Below are positions 37,482-49,949 of a stretch of DNA of 64,000 nt, piece by piece. The DNA lies in the NCBI GenBank assembly GCA_028534125.1, contig CM052818.1:1924001-1988000 (forward strand). The letters run 5' to 3'. Made by a program: the position numbers and the translations under genes. The notes under the pieces are model-generated. The model was not told the origin of the DNA. It searched no databases and saw only the letters and a list, made by a program, of their open reading frames with translations. Numbering within the stretch: position 1 is the first letter of the stretch; each line of letters opens with the position of its first letter. The DNA is from Lama glama (lineage: Eukaryota).

Positions 37482-38563
37482 TTAATTTTTAAAATTTAAA
37501 AATTTTTCTTGAGTTATAGTCATTTTACAATGTTGTGTCAAATTCCAGCGTAGAGCACAATTTTTTAGTTGTACACGAACATACATAAATTCATTGTCAC
37601 ATTTTTTTTTCCACTGTGAGCTACCACAGATCTTGTATATATTTCCCTGTGCTATACAGTATAATCTTGTTTCCCTATTCTGCATATGCCTGTCAGTATC
37701 TACAAATTTTGAAATCCCAGTCTGTCCCTTCCCACCCCCGGCCCCCTTGGCAACCATAAGTTTGTATTCTATGTCTATAAGTCTGTTTATGTTTTGTATT
37801 TATATTCTTTTTCTTTTTTTTTTTTGATACCACATATGAGCAATCTCATATGGTATTTTTCTTTCTCTTTCTGGCTTATGTGACTTAGAATGACCTTCTT
37901 CAGGAACATCCTTGTTGCCACAAATGGCATTATGCTGTCTTTTTAATGACTGAATAGTATTCCATTGTATAAATATACCACTTCTTCTTTATCCAGTCAT
38001 CTGTTGATGGATATTTAGGCTGTTTCCATGTCTTGGCTGTTGTAAATAGTGGTGCTATGAACATTGGGGTGCAGGTGTCTTTTTGAAGTAGGATTTCTTC
38101 TGAATATCTGCCCAGGAGTGGGATTACTGGGTCATATGGTAAGTCTATCCCTAGTCTTTTGAGGAATCTCCATATTATTTTCCACAGTGGCTGCACCAAA
38201 GTGCTTTCCCACCAGCAGTATAAGAGGGTTCCCTTCTCTCCACAGCCTTTCCAGCATTTGTCATTTGTGGACTTTTGAATGATGGCCATTCTGACTGGTG
38301 TGAGGTGATACCTCATTGTAGTTTTGATTTGTATTTGTCTGATAATTAGTGATATTGAGCATTTTTTCATGTACCTATTGATCATTTGTATTTCTTCCTT
38401 GGAAAATTGCTTGCTTTAGGTCTTCTGCCCATTTTTGGATTGAGTTGTTTGTTTTTTTCTTTTTAAGTCATATGAGCTGCTTATATATTCTGGAGATCAA
38501 GCCTTTTTTGGTTTCATCTTTTGCAAAAATTTTCTCCCATTCCATAGGTTGTTGTTTTGTTTT
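37482..38563 (-). mobile_element. Young lineage-specific 5'-truncated L1 (3' UTR plus ORF2 C-terminus)
   Basis: Well-preserved L1 3' UTR. Imperfect TSD ATTCTTATTGTTTTT / ATTCTTACTGATTTT on the two sides. Confidence 0.85.
37930..38385 (-). pseudogene. L1 ORF2p C-terminal (cysteine-rich) fragment
   Basis: Translation [31 protein letters not shown]...CWWE..LVQPLWK..WRFL..YDP.IPLLG...WYIYTMEYY is the canonical ORF2p C-terminus. Confidence 0.9.
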
Positions 38564-40774
38564 CATTCTTACTGATTTTTATCTGCTTGTTCCGTCAGCT
38601 ACTGAGAATGGTCTGTTGAAATTTCCAACTTACAGCTGGAGTTGCTTATTTCTCATTTTGGTCTTGCCAATTTCCACCTTACGTATTTGGATGCTAATTA
38701 TTGGAGGTTTGCCAATTTAGAATTGTTATATCTTACTGCTGTATTGACACTTTAATTATACAAAATGTGTATTGGTGGCACTTTTTGCCTTAAAGTCTTA
38801 TTTTTTTCTGGTTCTTCATATGGCTAAACCAACTTTCTTTTGGGTAACTTGCATGGTATAACATTTTCCATCATTTTACTCTCAATACCCCTTTGTCTTT
38901 ATACTGAAGTTCTGAATTTGTCTCTTGTAAGAAACATGTTGTTGCAGCTGCTGTTACTTTAATTTGGTTTCATAATCTTAAGATTTTTTAGTGCATTTAC
39001 ATTTGATCTAATTACTGATATACTGGGATATACAGCTACCATGTCACTATTTGTTTTCTATTCAAACCTACTGTTTTACTCTTGTTTACTCAATTTTATC
39101 ATCTTTTGTATTAAATAAGTATTTTTTTAAAATTCTAGTTTCTCTTTAGCTTATTGGATATGCATTCTTTTATTATTATTTTAGCCAATATGAAATCAGC
39201 AAGGATATAGAAGATTATCATACGTAGTATTACCATTGTCTATTTCAGGCAATGTAAAGGCCCTAAAGACCTCCCCTTATTGCTTTTGTCTTATTAGTCC
39301 CATGTGTTTTAATTTCACATATGTTTTATAACCCAAAAGAATTTATTGTTACCGTTATATAGGGTTAATATTAATTGATACTAATCCTTATCTTTACTCC
39401 TTTGAAGGTAATGTGTCTTCCTACTTAGAAGCTTTTAAGATTTTTTCTTTGATTTTCATTCTTAGCAGTTTTACTATGATGTGCATAGGTGTATTTTTCT
39501 TGGTAGTTATTCTTGGAGTCTGTAATGATTCTAGACTCTTTTTCATCAATTTTGTTCAAATAGTGCTTCTGCTTCATTCTCTTTCTCTTCTCCTTCTAGG
39601 TCTCTAACTATATGCGTGTTATATCTTTTCACTAGATTTCATATGTCTCTTAAGCTCTTTTCAGGATTTTCTACCCCTTTATTCCCCTCCATGATTTAAT
39701 CCAGATTTATCTACTCACATATATTTCAGTATACTGATCCCATTTTAAACTCTGCTCAGTCTACTTATAAACACATCTATTGAGTTTTTAATTTCAGTTA
39801 TTGCATTTTTCCACTCTGATGGGGTATTTTTTAACGTATGTAGCTATCATAAGATAACTAAAACATAAAGGGAGAAAGGTAAAGAGATCTGTCTGGTGAT
39901 AATGTTTCTACATTCTACTTGAAATGGTAAAATATTGAATCTAAGAAGATGTGAAAAATTGTATGTTTATTGTAACCCTGAAGGAACCACTAAAGAAATG
40001 ACACAAGAAGATATATTCAAAGAACACTAGGTGCATTAAAAAGGAATATTGAAAAATGTGCAAACAATTCAAAAGAAGACAGAAAAGGGACAGAGGAAAA
40101 AAACTGGAGAATAAGCAGAAAACAAAATATAAATGTTGAAATATAACATAGCAATAATTATATCAGGGTAGAAGATCTAAAGACACCAATTAAAACAGAG
40201 ATTGTAAAAATGGATTAAAAAACATATGCTGTGTAAAAATATTCACTTCAGATATAAGTTGAAATTATAAATAATATAGTATAATAAATAATATACAAAC
40301 ATATAATAAGCATATAAATGTATTTATGTGATAAGTACATAAATAATAAATAAACAGTATAATGATATAGGTTAAAAGTAGAAAGATGGAAAAGATATGC
40401 CATGCAAACACCAATCAAAAGAAAGTTGGTGTGGCTTTAATAGTATCATGAGAAGTAGACTTCAGGACAAAAGTTACCAGAGATTAAGAGCAACCTTATG
40501 TAATAATAAAAGGATCCATTCATCAAGAAGACATACCAATCCTAATCGTATGTATACTTAGCAACAAGGCTTCAAATACAGGAAGCAAAAACTTACAGAA
40601 CTGGAAGGAGAAACAGACAAATTCAAAATCATAGTCCAAGACTTCAACACTCCTCTGAGTGACTGATAGATCTGGGAAGTAGAAAATCAGCATAGAACTG
40701 AACACCGTCAACTGTATTTAATTAGCATTTATAGGAAACTCCACCCAACAGAAATAGAGCCCACATTCTCTCTC

Positions 40775-43411
40775 TTTTTTAAATTGAAATATAGTTGATG
40801 TAAAATATTATGTTAGTTTCAGGGATACAACATAGTGATTTGACATTTAAATACATTATGAAATGATCATCATGTTAAGTCTAGTATCCGTCTGTCCCCA
40901 TAAAACTTATTACAATATTATGGACCGTATTTCTAATCCTGTATATTATATCCCTGTGACATTTATTTTCAAACTGGAAGCTTATACCTCTTACTTCCCT
41001 TCACCTATTTCACCCAATCCCTATAACCCTCTCCCTTCTGACAACCACCCATTTTTGTTCTCTGTCTCTATGAGTCTGTTGCTATTTTGTTTTGTTTGTT
41101 CTTTTGTTTTGTTTTTTAGATTTCACATATAAGTGAGATCATACATTATTTGTCTTTCTCTGTTTGACTTATTTCACTTAGCATGATACCCTCTAAATCC
41201 ATCCATGTCTGTGAATCTCTTAATAGATTTTTGGTTTGTAGGCAGCAGGAGGTTCGTATATAGCAACATATATATATGTGTGTGTGTGTATATATATAAA
41301 TATATATGCATACACACACATATATATATACACATACTCTTTTATGTTCAAGTGCATTCTAACAGCTCTATAATTTTACTCTGCCCTCCCCATATTTTGT
41401 GTTTTTGTCATATTTTGCATCTTTTTTATTTTGTGTACCCCTTAACTGCTTATTGAACATACAGATGATTTTACTACTTTTGTCATTTACTGTTCCTACT
41501 AGCTTTGTGAGTGGTTGATCCACAACTTTACTGTATGTTTGTCTTTACTGGTGAGAGTTTTCCTGTTATCATTTTATTTGTAGTTGTGGCTTTTTTTTTC
41601 TTTCCTTAAAGAAATCCCTTTTTAGCTTCTTGTACGGCAATTTGGGGGTAATAAACTCTTTTAGCTTTTGCTTATCTGTATAACTCTTTTTAATCTCTTC
41701 AGTTCTATATAATAACCTTGCCAGGTAGAGTATTCATAGGTGTAGGTTTTTTCCCTTTCAGCACTTTGAATATACCATGCCACTCCCTTCTGGCCTGAAA
41801 AATTTCTGCTGAAAAGTCATCTGATGTGTTCATGGGAGTTCCCTTATATATAAAGAGTTCTTTTTCTCTTGCTACGTTTAGGATTCGTTCTTTAATTCTT
41901 GCCATTTTAATTATAATGTGTCTTAGTGAGGACCTCTTTGGGTTCATCTTGTTTGGGACTTGCTTCCTGGACCTGGATGTCTGTTTCTTTCCCCAGGTTA
42001 GGGAATTTTTCTGCAATTATTTCCTCAAATGCGTTCTCTGCTCCTTTCTCTCTCTTCTCCTCCTATGATCCCTATAATGCCAACATCAGTATGCTTGATG
42101 TGGCTGTAGAGGGCTCTTAAACTATACTCATTTTTAAAAATTCTTTTTTCTGTTCAGCTGGAGGTGATTTCCACTACTCTGTCTTCCAGATCGATGTCTT
42201 TGTTCTTCTGTAACATCTAATCTACTGTTGATTCCTTGTGTATTTTTCATTTCAGTTATTGTATTCTTCAGTTCTGATTGGTTCTTTTTTTTTGTTTTCT
42301 AACACTTTGTTGAAATTCTCACTGTGTTCATCCATTCTCCCTGTTCAATGAGTGCCTTTATAATCATTACCTTGAACTCTTTATCAGATAGATCACTTAT
42401 CTCCATTTCTTTTTGTTCTTTTCTGAGGTTTTGTCTCGTTCCTTCATTTGAAACACGTTTCTCTGTCTCCTTATTTTGCCTAATTCTCTGTGTTTACTTC
42501 TATGTTTTAGGTAGGCCCATTACCTATGGGCCATTAATATAGAAGGTCCAATCTTGGAGAAGTGGCTTATGTAGGAGACATATATAAGAGGTCCAGCAGC
42601 ATGCTCTTTTCTGGTCACCAGTTAGATGCTCCAAGGGTGTGTTCTATGTGAGCTGCATGTGCCCTTCTGCTATGGTGGGGCTGACAACTGTGGATGTGCT
42701 GGTATGCAGGGCTGGACCCCCAGCCCAGCTGGTTGTGAATCTCTGCCTCACGTGGTTGCTGCAAGCCTGCTGGTGGATATGGCATGCCCCAGTGCAAATA
42801 GGCTAGATGGAGGATTCCAAAATGGTGCTTATCAGTGTTGGTGTCAGCACAATAGAATGAGATCCCCAAAATGGTTGCTTCCAGCATCGCTGTCCCCTGA
42901 GGGAGTCCCCACTGCCTGCAGCCTCTCTTGGAGGCTTTCCAAGATCAGCAAGTGAGTCTGACCCAGACACTTTTTAACAGTTGCCTCTGCACTGGGCCTC
43001 AGAGCATGTGAGATTTTGTGCTTGCCCTTTAAGAGTGGAGTCTTTGCTTCCTATAGCCTTCTGGCTCTTCCAAACATAAGCCCTGCTGGTCTTCAAAGAC
43101 AGATATTGTTTTCCTGGTGCAGAAACTGGGGCTGGTGAGCCTGATGTGGGGCTTAGACCCCTCGCTCCTTGGGGAAGACCTCTGTAGTTGTGATACCCTT
43201 CCAGTTTGTGGTAGCCAAGCCAGAGGTATTGGTCCTGACTAGACTGCATTTCCAGCTCTCCTCTCCTTCTTGTTATTGCTCCTTCTTTAGTTGTGGAAAA
43301 TCCTTTCTGCTAGTCTTTAGATTGTTCTCATAGATAATTACTCTACACACAGTTGTAATTTTGGTGTGTCCATGAAAGAAGGTGGGTTCAGGGACTTTCT
43401 GCTCCAACATG
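40775..43411 (-). mobile_element. Internally deleted L1: 5' UTR + ORF1 + spacer joined to 3' UTR, no ORF2
   Basis: 3' UTR at 40775-41205, ORF1 remnant at about 41450-42500 and GC-richer 5' UTR at about 42550-43411. CACATT.. occurs at both junctions. Confidence 0.7.
41705..42016 (-). pseudogene. L1 ORF1p fragment
   Basis: VPNKMNPKRSSLRHIIIKMARIKERILNVAREK..YKGTP....DFSAEIFQARREW..IFKVLK matches the ORF1p RRM/CTD region. Confidence 0.9.
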
Positions 43412-45392
43412 TTGATCCTGCCCTCTGGGTTCACATTATTTTCAAGTGTTCATGTAATGTTCACCAAGATTTACCTGCTCTGGGTCATATAATATGTCTT
43501 AACAAATACAAGATAATTGAGATTGTACACAGTATGTGGTCTGACAATAATGAAACGTACTAGAAATCAGTAATAGAAGGATAACAGGAAAATCTCCACA
43601 TACATGGAAAATAACATTATATTTCTAAATAATACATGGGTTAAAGGAAAAGTCTCAAGGGATATTAGAAACCATTTTGAAATGAGTAGAAATGAAAATA
43701 TAACCTAGCAATTTGTAAAATGCAGCTAAAGCAGTGTTGAGAGAGAAATTCATTACATTATATGTTTATGTGACAAAAGAAGAAAGTTCTCATGTTAATA
43801 ATCTAATCTTATACATTTAAGAAACTAAAAAATGTTATAGCAAAATAAGCCTAATGCAAGTAGGAACACAGACATGATAAATACAAGAGCAGATTTCAAT
43901 GAAATTTAGAACAGCAATAACCAACAAAAATCAATTGAACTAAAAGCTGGGTCTTTAAAAAAATCGACAAAATTGATCAAATTAATAAAATTGTCAGCAA
44001 GACTGACAAAGGAAAAAAAAAAAGACACAAATTACTGACACCAGTGATGAACAGTGTATAACACTGTAGACCTTACAGTCACCAAATGGATAATAAAGAA
44101 ATAAACAACTCTAAACCCACACATTCAACAAATGTAATAAAATAAACAAAATTCTTGAAAATAAAAAGCTACCAAAATTCAACCAATATTAAATATTAAT
44201 TATTATAAATATTATATTAAATTATATTAAAAATTTTATAACTTCAATATATTGGGTTTTAGTTTAAAGCATTCTAAAAAAGAAATCTCTAGGCCCAAAT
44301 AATTTCACTAGTGAGTTCTACTAAACATTTAAAAAAGAGGTAACACCAATTTTAAATCAATTCCAGAAAAGAAAAGATGCAGGAACACTTTCCAACTTAT
44401 TTTATGAGGTTGGCATTACCAACCATGATACCAAAACCAAAGGAAGCACCCCCCACCCCAAAAAAAGAAAAAAAGAAAGGAAAAAAAAGCTATAAATTAA
44501 TATTCTTCATGAACATAGAAGCAAAAATCTTTAACAAAATATTAGCAAATTGAATCCAGAAATGCATAAAAAGAATTATACACCATGATTAAATTGGATT
44601 TATCCCAGGGAATTCAGATTTGTTCAACATTTGGAAATCAATCAATGTAATCTACTATATTAATAATCTAAGTAAGAAAAATCATATGATCACATCAATT
44701 GATACAGAAGAAGCACTTGGTAAAATTCAACGTCTCAGCAAACTAGGAGTGAAAGTGAACTTTCTTAACCTGATAAAGTGAAGTTACAGAAAACTTAGAG
44801 TTAACATTTCACTTAATAGTAAAAAACAGAATGCTTTTTCCTCTATGATCAGGGACACAGCAAGAAGGTTCATTCTCACCGCTCTCACTCAATAACCTAC
44901 TAAAAGTCTTAGCCAGTGCAATAAATCAATAAAAGGAAATAGAAGCCTTATGGATTGAAAATAAAAGTCTTTCTATTCACAGATGACACAGAAAATCTTA
45001 AGGAATCAAAGAAAAACTTCTAGAACTAATAAGTGAATTAGCAAGGATGGAAGACACTAGGTAAACACATAAAATGATTTATATTTCATATATACTAGCA
45101 AGAAATAATTATAAACTATTGAAATTGGAATTTTTAAAAAAATCACTTAGAATAGCTCCAAAAATACTTCCATATAAATCTTACATGTACAGAATTTGAA
45201 AACCACAAAACACTGATGAAAAAAATAAAAAAGATCTAAAAAAGTGGAAAGACATACTATGTCCTTGGATTGGTAGACTTAAGAAAGTAAGGATTTCAAT
45301 TGTCTCCAAATTAATTTATAGGTTCAATTCCAATCAAAATTACATCCAGATAGTTTTGCAGACATAGACAAGCTAGTTCTAAAAATTTTATA

Positions 45393-46566
45393 AACCTCAT
45401 TCCATATATAAAAATTAACTCAAAATGTATCAAAGAATTAAATGTAAGAGCTAAAACTATAAAAACTCTTAGGAAAAGAGGGGTGAATTTTAATGACCCT
45501 GGATTTGGCAAAAGAGTAATATATGATACTACAAGTATGAATACTAAAAGAAAGAATAGATAAAATTGGACTACAACAAAACTTGAAACTTTTGTGCATC
45601 AAAGGACACTATCAAGAAAGTGAAAAGGCAACCCACAGAATGGGGGAACATATTTACATCTTATGTATCTGATAATGGTCTAGTATCTAGAATACATAAA
45701 AAACTCTTACAACTTAAAAATAAAGGACAAACTACCCAATTTAAAAATGGGCAAAGGATTTGAATAGTCATTTCTCTAAGGAAGATATACAAATGGTCAA
45801 TGAAACATGAAAAAGGTGTTCAACAACACTAGTCATTAGGGAAACGCAATTCAAAACCACTAAAATTCCACTTCCCATGCACTAGGATGGCTACAGTCAA
45901 AAGTCCTATAATTACAAGTGTTGGTGAGGATGTGGTGAAATTGGAACCCACATTGACTGCTGGTGGAAATGTAAAATGGTGCAGGCACTTTATAAAACAA
46001 TTTGGCAGCTCCTCATAAGTTAAACATAGAGCTACACCATAGGACCCTATAATTCCACTCCAAGTATATACCTAAGAGAAATGAAAACATATACACAAAT
46101 GTTCACAGCAGCATTATTCACAATAGCCCACAGGTGGAAACAACCCAAAAGTCCATCAACTGACAAATAGATAAACAAAATGTGGTATATCCATACAGTG
46201 GAATATTATTCAGTCATCAAAAGGGATGAAGTTCTGATTCATGTTCCAACATAGACAGACCATAAACGCTAAGTAGGAAAAAAAAAAGCCACAAAGGACC
46301 ACATATCACATGACTACATGACTTCATCCATATGAAAGTCCAGAACAGCACAATCTATAGAGATAGAAAGTAGACTAGTTGTTGCTTAGGGCTGGGAGTT
46401 TGGGGATGATAGCTACAAGACAGGGATTTCTTTTTGAGATTATAAAAATATCCTACAATTGACTGTGATGTTTGCACCTGTATGTGAATATACTAAAACC
46501 ATTGAATTCTACACTCTACATGGGTGAATTTAAGTGATAATGGAATTACGTCTCAATAAAGCTGTT
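45393..46566 (+). mobile_element. 5'-truncated L1 (L1MB/MC-like 3' end) nested co-directionally in the host L1
   Basis: Ends TCTCAATAAAGCTGTT. Flanked by TAAAAATTTTATA and TAAAAATTTATA. Host ORF2 resumes afterwards. Confidence 0.7.
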
Positions 46567-47643
46567 AAAAATTTATATGAAAAGCACAGGAAATTTCGTG
46601 TAGCCAAAACAATTTTGAATAAGAAGAATAAAGTTGGAGGAATTCACATTGCCTATTGTCACAATTTACTGTAAAGGTACAATAATCAATAAGGTGACAT
46701 GAATGAAGGAACAGATACATAAATCAATGGCACAATGGAGAGTCCAGATATCACCCACGTAAATGTGGTCAGTTGCTGCTCTTGTGTGTAGTGAAATACA
46801 CATACCATAAAATTTGTCATTTAAATTATTTTAAAGAGTGCAGTTTATGGGCATTTAATACATTCACAATGCAGTGCAACCATCACTGCTATCTAGTTCC
46901 AGAAGAATTAAATCCCCTCAAAAGGAAACACTGTCCCCATTAAGCAGTTATTCTTTACTCCCTTCTCTTCCCAGTCCCTGTCAACCACTAATCTGATTTC
47001 TGTCACTGTGGATTTGGCTATTCTGGATATTTCATGTAAATGGAATCATACTATATATAGTTTTTGTGTCTAGCTTCTTTTACTTAGCATGTTTCCAATG
47101 TTGGAGCGTGTATCAATACTTCAACCCATTTGATGACTGAATAAATATCATTGTATGAGGATGCCACATTTTGTTTACTCACTCATCAGTTAGTGGACAT
47201 CTGGGTTGTTTCCACCTTTTGGCTAGGGCTGCTGTGAATCTTTGTGCACAAGTTTTTGTTTGACCATCTGCTTTCAAATATTCTGGATATATACCTAGAA
47301 ATGCAATTGGTGGGTTACATGGTAATTCCATGTTTAATTTATTGAAGAACTGCTAAACTGTTTTACAAAGCTGCTGTAACATTGTACTTTTCCACCAGCA
47401 GTCAGTGAGGGTTCTAATTTCTCCCCATCCTCACCAACGTGTGTTATTTTCCAGTTTTGTTTTATTTTTTTATGAGCACCCTAGTTTGGGTTTGAAGTAG
47501 TATCTCATTCTGGTTTTAATTTGCTTTTCCCAGATGACTAGTGATGTTGAGCATCTGTTCATATTTCTAGGCCATTTGTATGTCTTCCTTAGAGAAAGGT
47601 CTATTCAGATCCTTTCCTCATGTTTAAATTGGGCTGTCTTTTT

Positions 47644-47886
47644 CTCCAGCTTGTGGGGCACTCACTCAGGGGGTGTGGGACCCAATTATATCCTGAGCGC
47701 ACCCCTTGTACCCTCCTGCTGTGGTTCCCTCTTTATGTTTCCGGTTGAAGAAGATTTTTTTGTAGGTTCCAGTCTTTTTTTTTTTTCAATTGATGGTTGT
47801 TTATCAGTCAGCTGTGGTTTTGTTGTGATCGTGAGAGGAGGCAATTGGGCAGCCTTACTACTCCACCATCTTGACCAGAAATCTCC
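47644..47886 (-). mobile_element. L1 5'-terminal fragment (first about 243 nt)
   Basis: The minus strand begins GGAGATTTCTGGTCAAGATGG (YY1-type L1 start). Similar to 43200-43411. Flanked by target-site copies. Confidence 0.7.
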
Positions 47887-47900
47887 TGGGCTATCTTTTT

Positions 47901-48145
47901 TCATTTTTTTTTTCCTTCTTGTTTTTTAAATTGAGTTATAGTCATTTTACAATGTTGTGTCAAGTTCCAGTGTAGAGCACAAATTTTCAGCTATACATGA
48001 ACATACATATATTCATTGTCACATTTTTTTTTTGCTGCTACCACAAGATCTTGTATATATTTCCCTGTGCTATACATTATTATCTTATTTATCTGTTCTG
48101 CATATGCCTGTCAGTATCTACAAATTTTGAACTCCCAGTCTGTCC
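47901..48145 (-). mobile_element. Young lineage-specific L1 3' end
   Basis: Closely matches 37509-37727 (TTGAGTTATAGTCATTTTACAATGTTGTGTC...CCCAGTCTGTCC), with an A-rich tail and TSDs. Confidence 0.85.
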
Positions 48146-49020
48146 TGGGCTGTCTTTTTATTACTGAGTTTCAAGAATTTTTTATGTGTTCCAGAGACCA
48201 GGCTCTTATCAGATATATGATTTGTAAATATTTTCCCCCATTCTGTGGGTTGCCTTTTCACTTTCTTGATAGTTTCCGTTGATGCACAAAACTTTTAACT
48301 TTGTTGCAGTCTAGTTTTTTTTCTTTGCTCTGTTGTTCCTGGTTTTGTTGTCATATCTATAAAACAAAGGTCATGGAGATTTACAGCCATCTTCTTCTAA
48401 GAATTCTATAGTTTTAGCCCTTACACTTCCATTACATAGGTCTTTTTTTTTTTTTACATAGGTCTTTGATCCATTTTAAATTAATTTTTATATATGGTAT
48501 GAGGTTGGAAAATTGATTTTTGACAAAGGTGCAAAATCACTTCCGTGAAGAAGGGACAGTCTTTTCAATGACTGGTCTTGTAACAATTGGATATTGCTAT
48601 GTGAAACATGAACCTCAACCTATACCTCATACCTATACCTTAGAAAAGAGAAGTCCATAAATTAAAGAGAAACTTAGTGCACCGTTCAGAGTTGTCTGGG
48701 GATCAAATGGCAAATCGATGGAGAAGAGGTGTTTCTCTCCCTTTTTACATAAAACTCAGCAAAGTTTTGCTACCCCAAGGACTGGGAGCTTTAACTGGAA
48801 TATGCATCTCGGCATTGGTAATGGGCGCTCATGCTAGACAATAGCAGTGACAATTTACTATTTTTAGAGATGGACTAACTTCATAGTGCACCACACAAAG
48901 TGCTCGTCCGAAGTAGCCCTCTAAAGGAGGACCCAGGAAACTACAAATATGGAGCCCTCGTTAAGTAATAATGACAACCCAATGGTATCCAGGAACTGGA
49001 CACACATACTAATCCAATTC

Positions 49021-49181
49021 TTTTTTTTTTTTTTGAGTGAAGGTAGATTTATTCAGAGAGATACACTGAAAGGCAAGAGAAAGGCCACGAAGTCTGGGGG
49101 TTGGGTGCTCAGATTAAAAGTGGGTACACACGCCATAGACAGAATGTGGGCTGTCTCCGAAGAGGGAGAGAGAGGGGCGGC
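49021..49181 (-). mobile_element. Polyadenylated LTR-derived retrocopy
   Basis: Poly(T)14, TTTATT at 49048-49053, an LTR R-like body and degenerate TSD CTAATCCAATTC / CTAATTCATTTT. Confidence 0.6.
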
Positions 49182-49679
49182 CTAATTCATTTTTTTTAAA
49201 CTATCCTTGAGAAGTATTGAAACAATCCAAATTTTCTACAATCTTTTTCGCCTGTTTCTCACCATCGGGATGCAAAGAGAAGTGGGAATCCCACTGGGGA
49301 ATGTCATTTTCTCTGAATTAAGAGAGTTAGGATGGTGCCTGGCAATGGCATATGTCACACATGTTTAACTTTGTGTGTGATGTATCCTAGTCTTCCACGG
49401 CCGAGGCTGAAGGGGAGGCTGAAGTTCTTTCATTTCCAATTACTCATAAATCCCCAAAGCTGAGGGCTCCTGGCCATTTCTCGGAACTGAAGAATGAATT
49501 CCAGTTCTAAACATCACTTTCTATGATGACAAGGTGTTATAGTTTGCCTATTTGTTTCTCAAAGGCACACAGATTCTGGACAATATGAGACAATTAATGT
49601 CTGTACATAAGCTTGCTCTTGACCCAGCTGGGAGTCTCTTTTCTGTTCACTCACCTTCAGGAGATCAACATGAAGGGAA

Positions 49680-49900
49680 CTTGAGCTTTGAAGTCAGATA
49701 GAAACACCCTGTTTCAAACCTCAATGTATCAGCGTTTTAGCTTTGTGACTATGAACCAGTTGCTTCAGCTAACTAAATCTCAATCTTTTCAAAAGTATCA
49801 GTGTGGATAATATAACTCATTCTGCAGGATTATTGGGAGGATTAAATGGAATAACATAGGTGGGAAGGTATGGAAGGTGCTCAGAAAATGTTCATCTCAA
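49680..49900 (+). mobile_element. MIR SINE
   Basis: GCTTTGAAGTCAGATAGA...TGCAGGATTATTGGGAGGATTAAATGGAATAAC. Confidence 0.7.
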
Positions 49901-49949
49901 TTCTCTTTTCCCCTTAGTGTCTGAGTTCTGCTCTGATATTTGCAGCAAT

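Larger units (their letters stand above)
33410..39820 (-). mobile_element. Long decayed L1 (L1M-type), 3' end at left, with nested insertions
   Basis: 3' UTR motif CCAGATCAAGAAATAGAAAC..CCAGCTCCCCAGAAG followed by T-rich antisense ORF2/ORF1-like sequence. Confidence 0.75.
46776..48505 (-). mobile_element. L1MB-like 3' portion nested antisense in the host L1
   Basis: GTGAAATACACATACCATAAAATTTG...CATTCACAATG..GTGCAACCATCAC is an antisense L1 3' UTR, followed by late ORF2 sequence. Confidence 0.75.
39820..48650 (+). mobile_element. Host L1 (inter-ORF to late ORF2) in four segments: about 39820-40774, 43412-45392, 46567-46775 and 48505-48650
   Basis: ORF2 endonuclease and RT-like DNA motifs continue colinearly across three nested insertions. 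Confidence 0.75.

Noticed and set aside
47630..48159. Regularly spaced 14-bp direct repeats resembling a CRISPR-like array
   Set aside because: Mammalian DNA; the repeats are TSDs and the spacers are L1 fragments.
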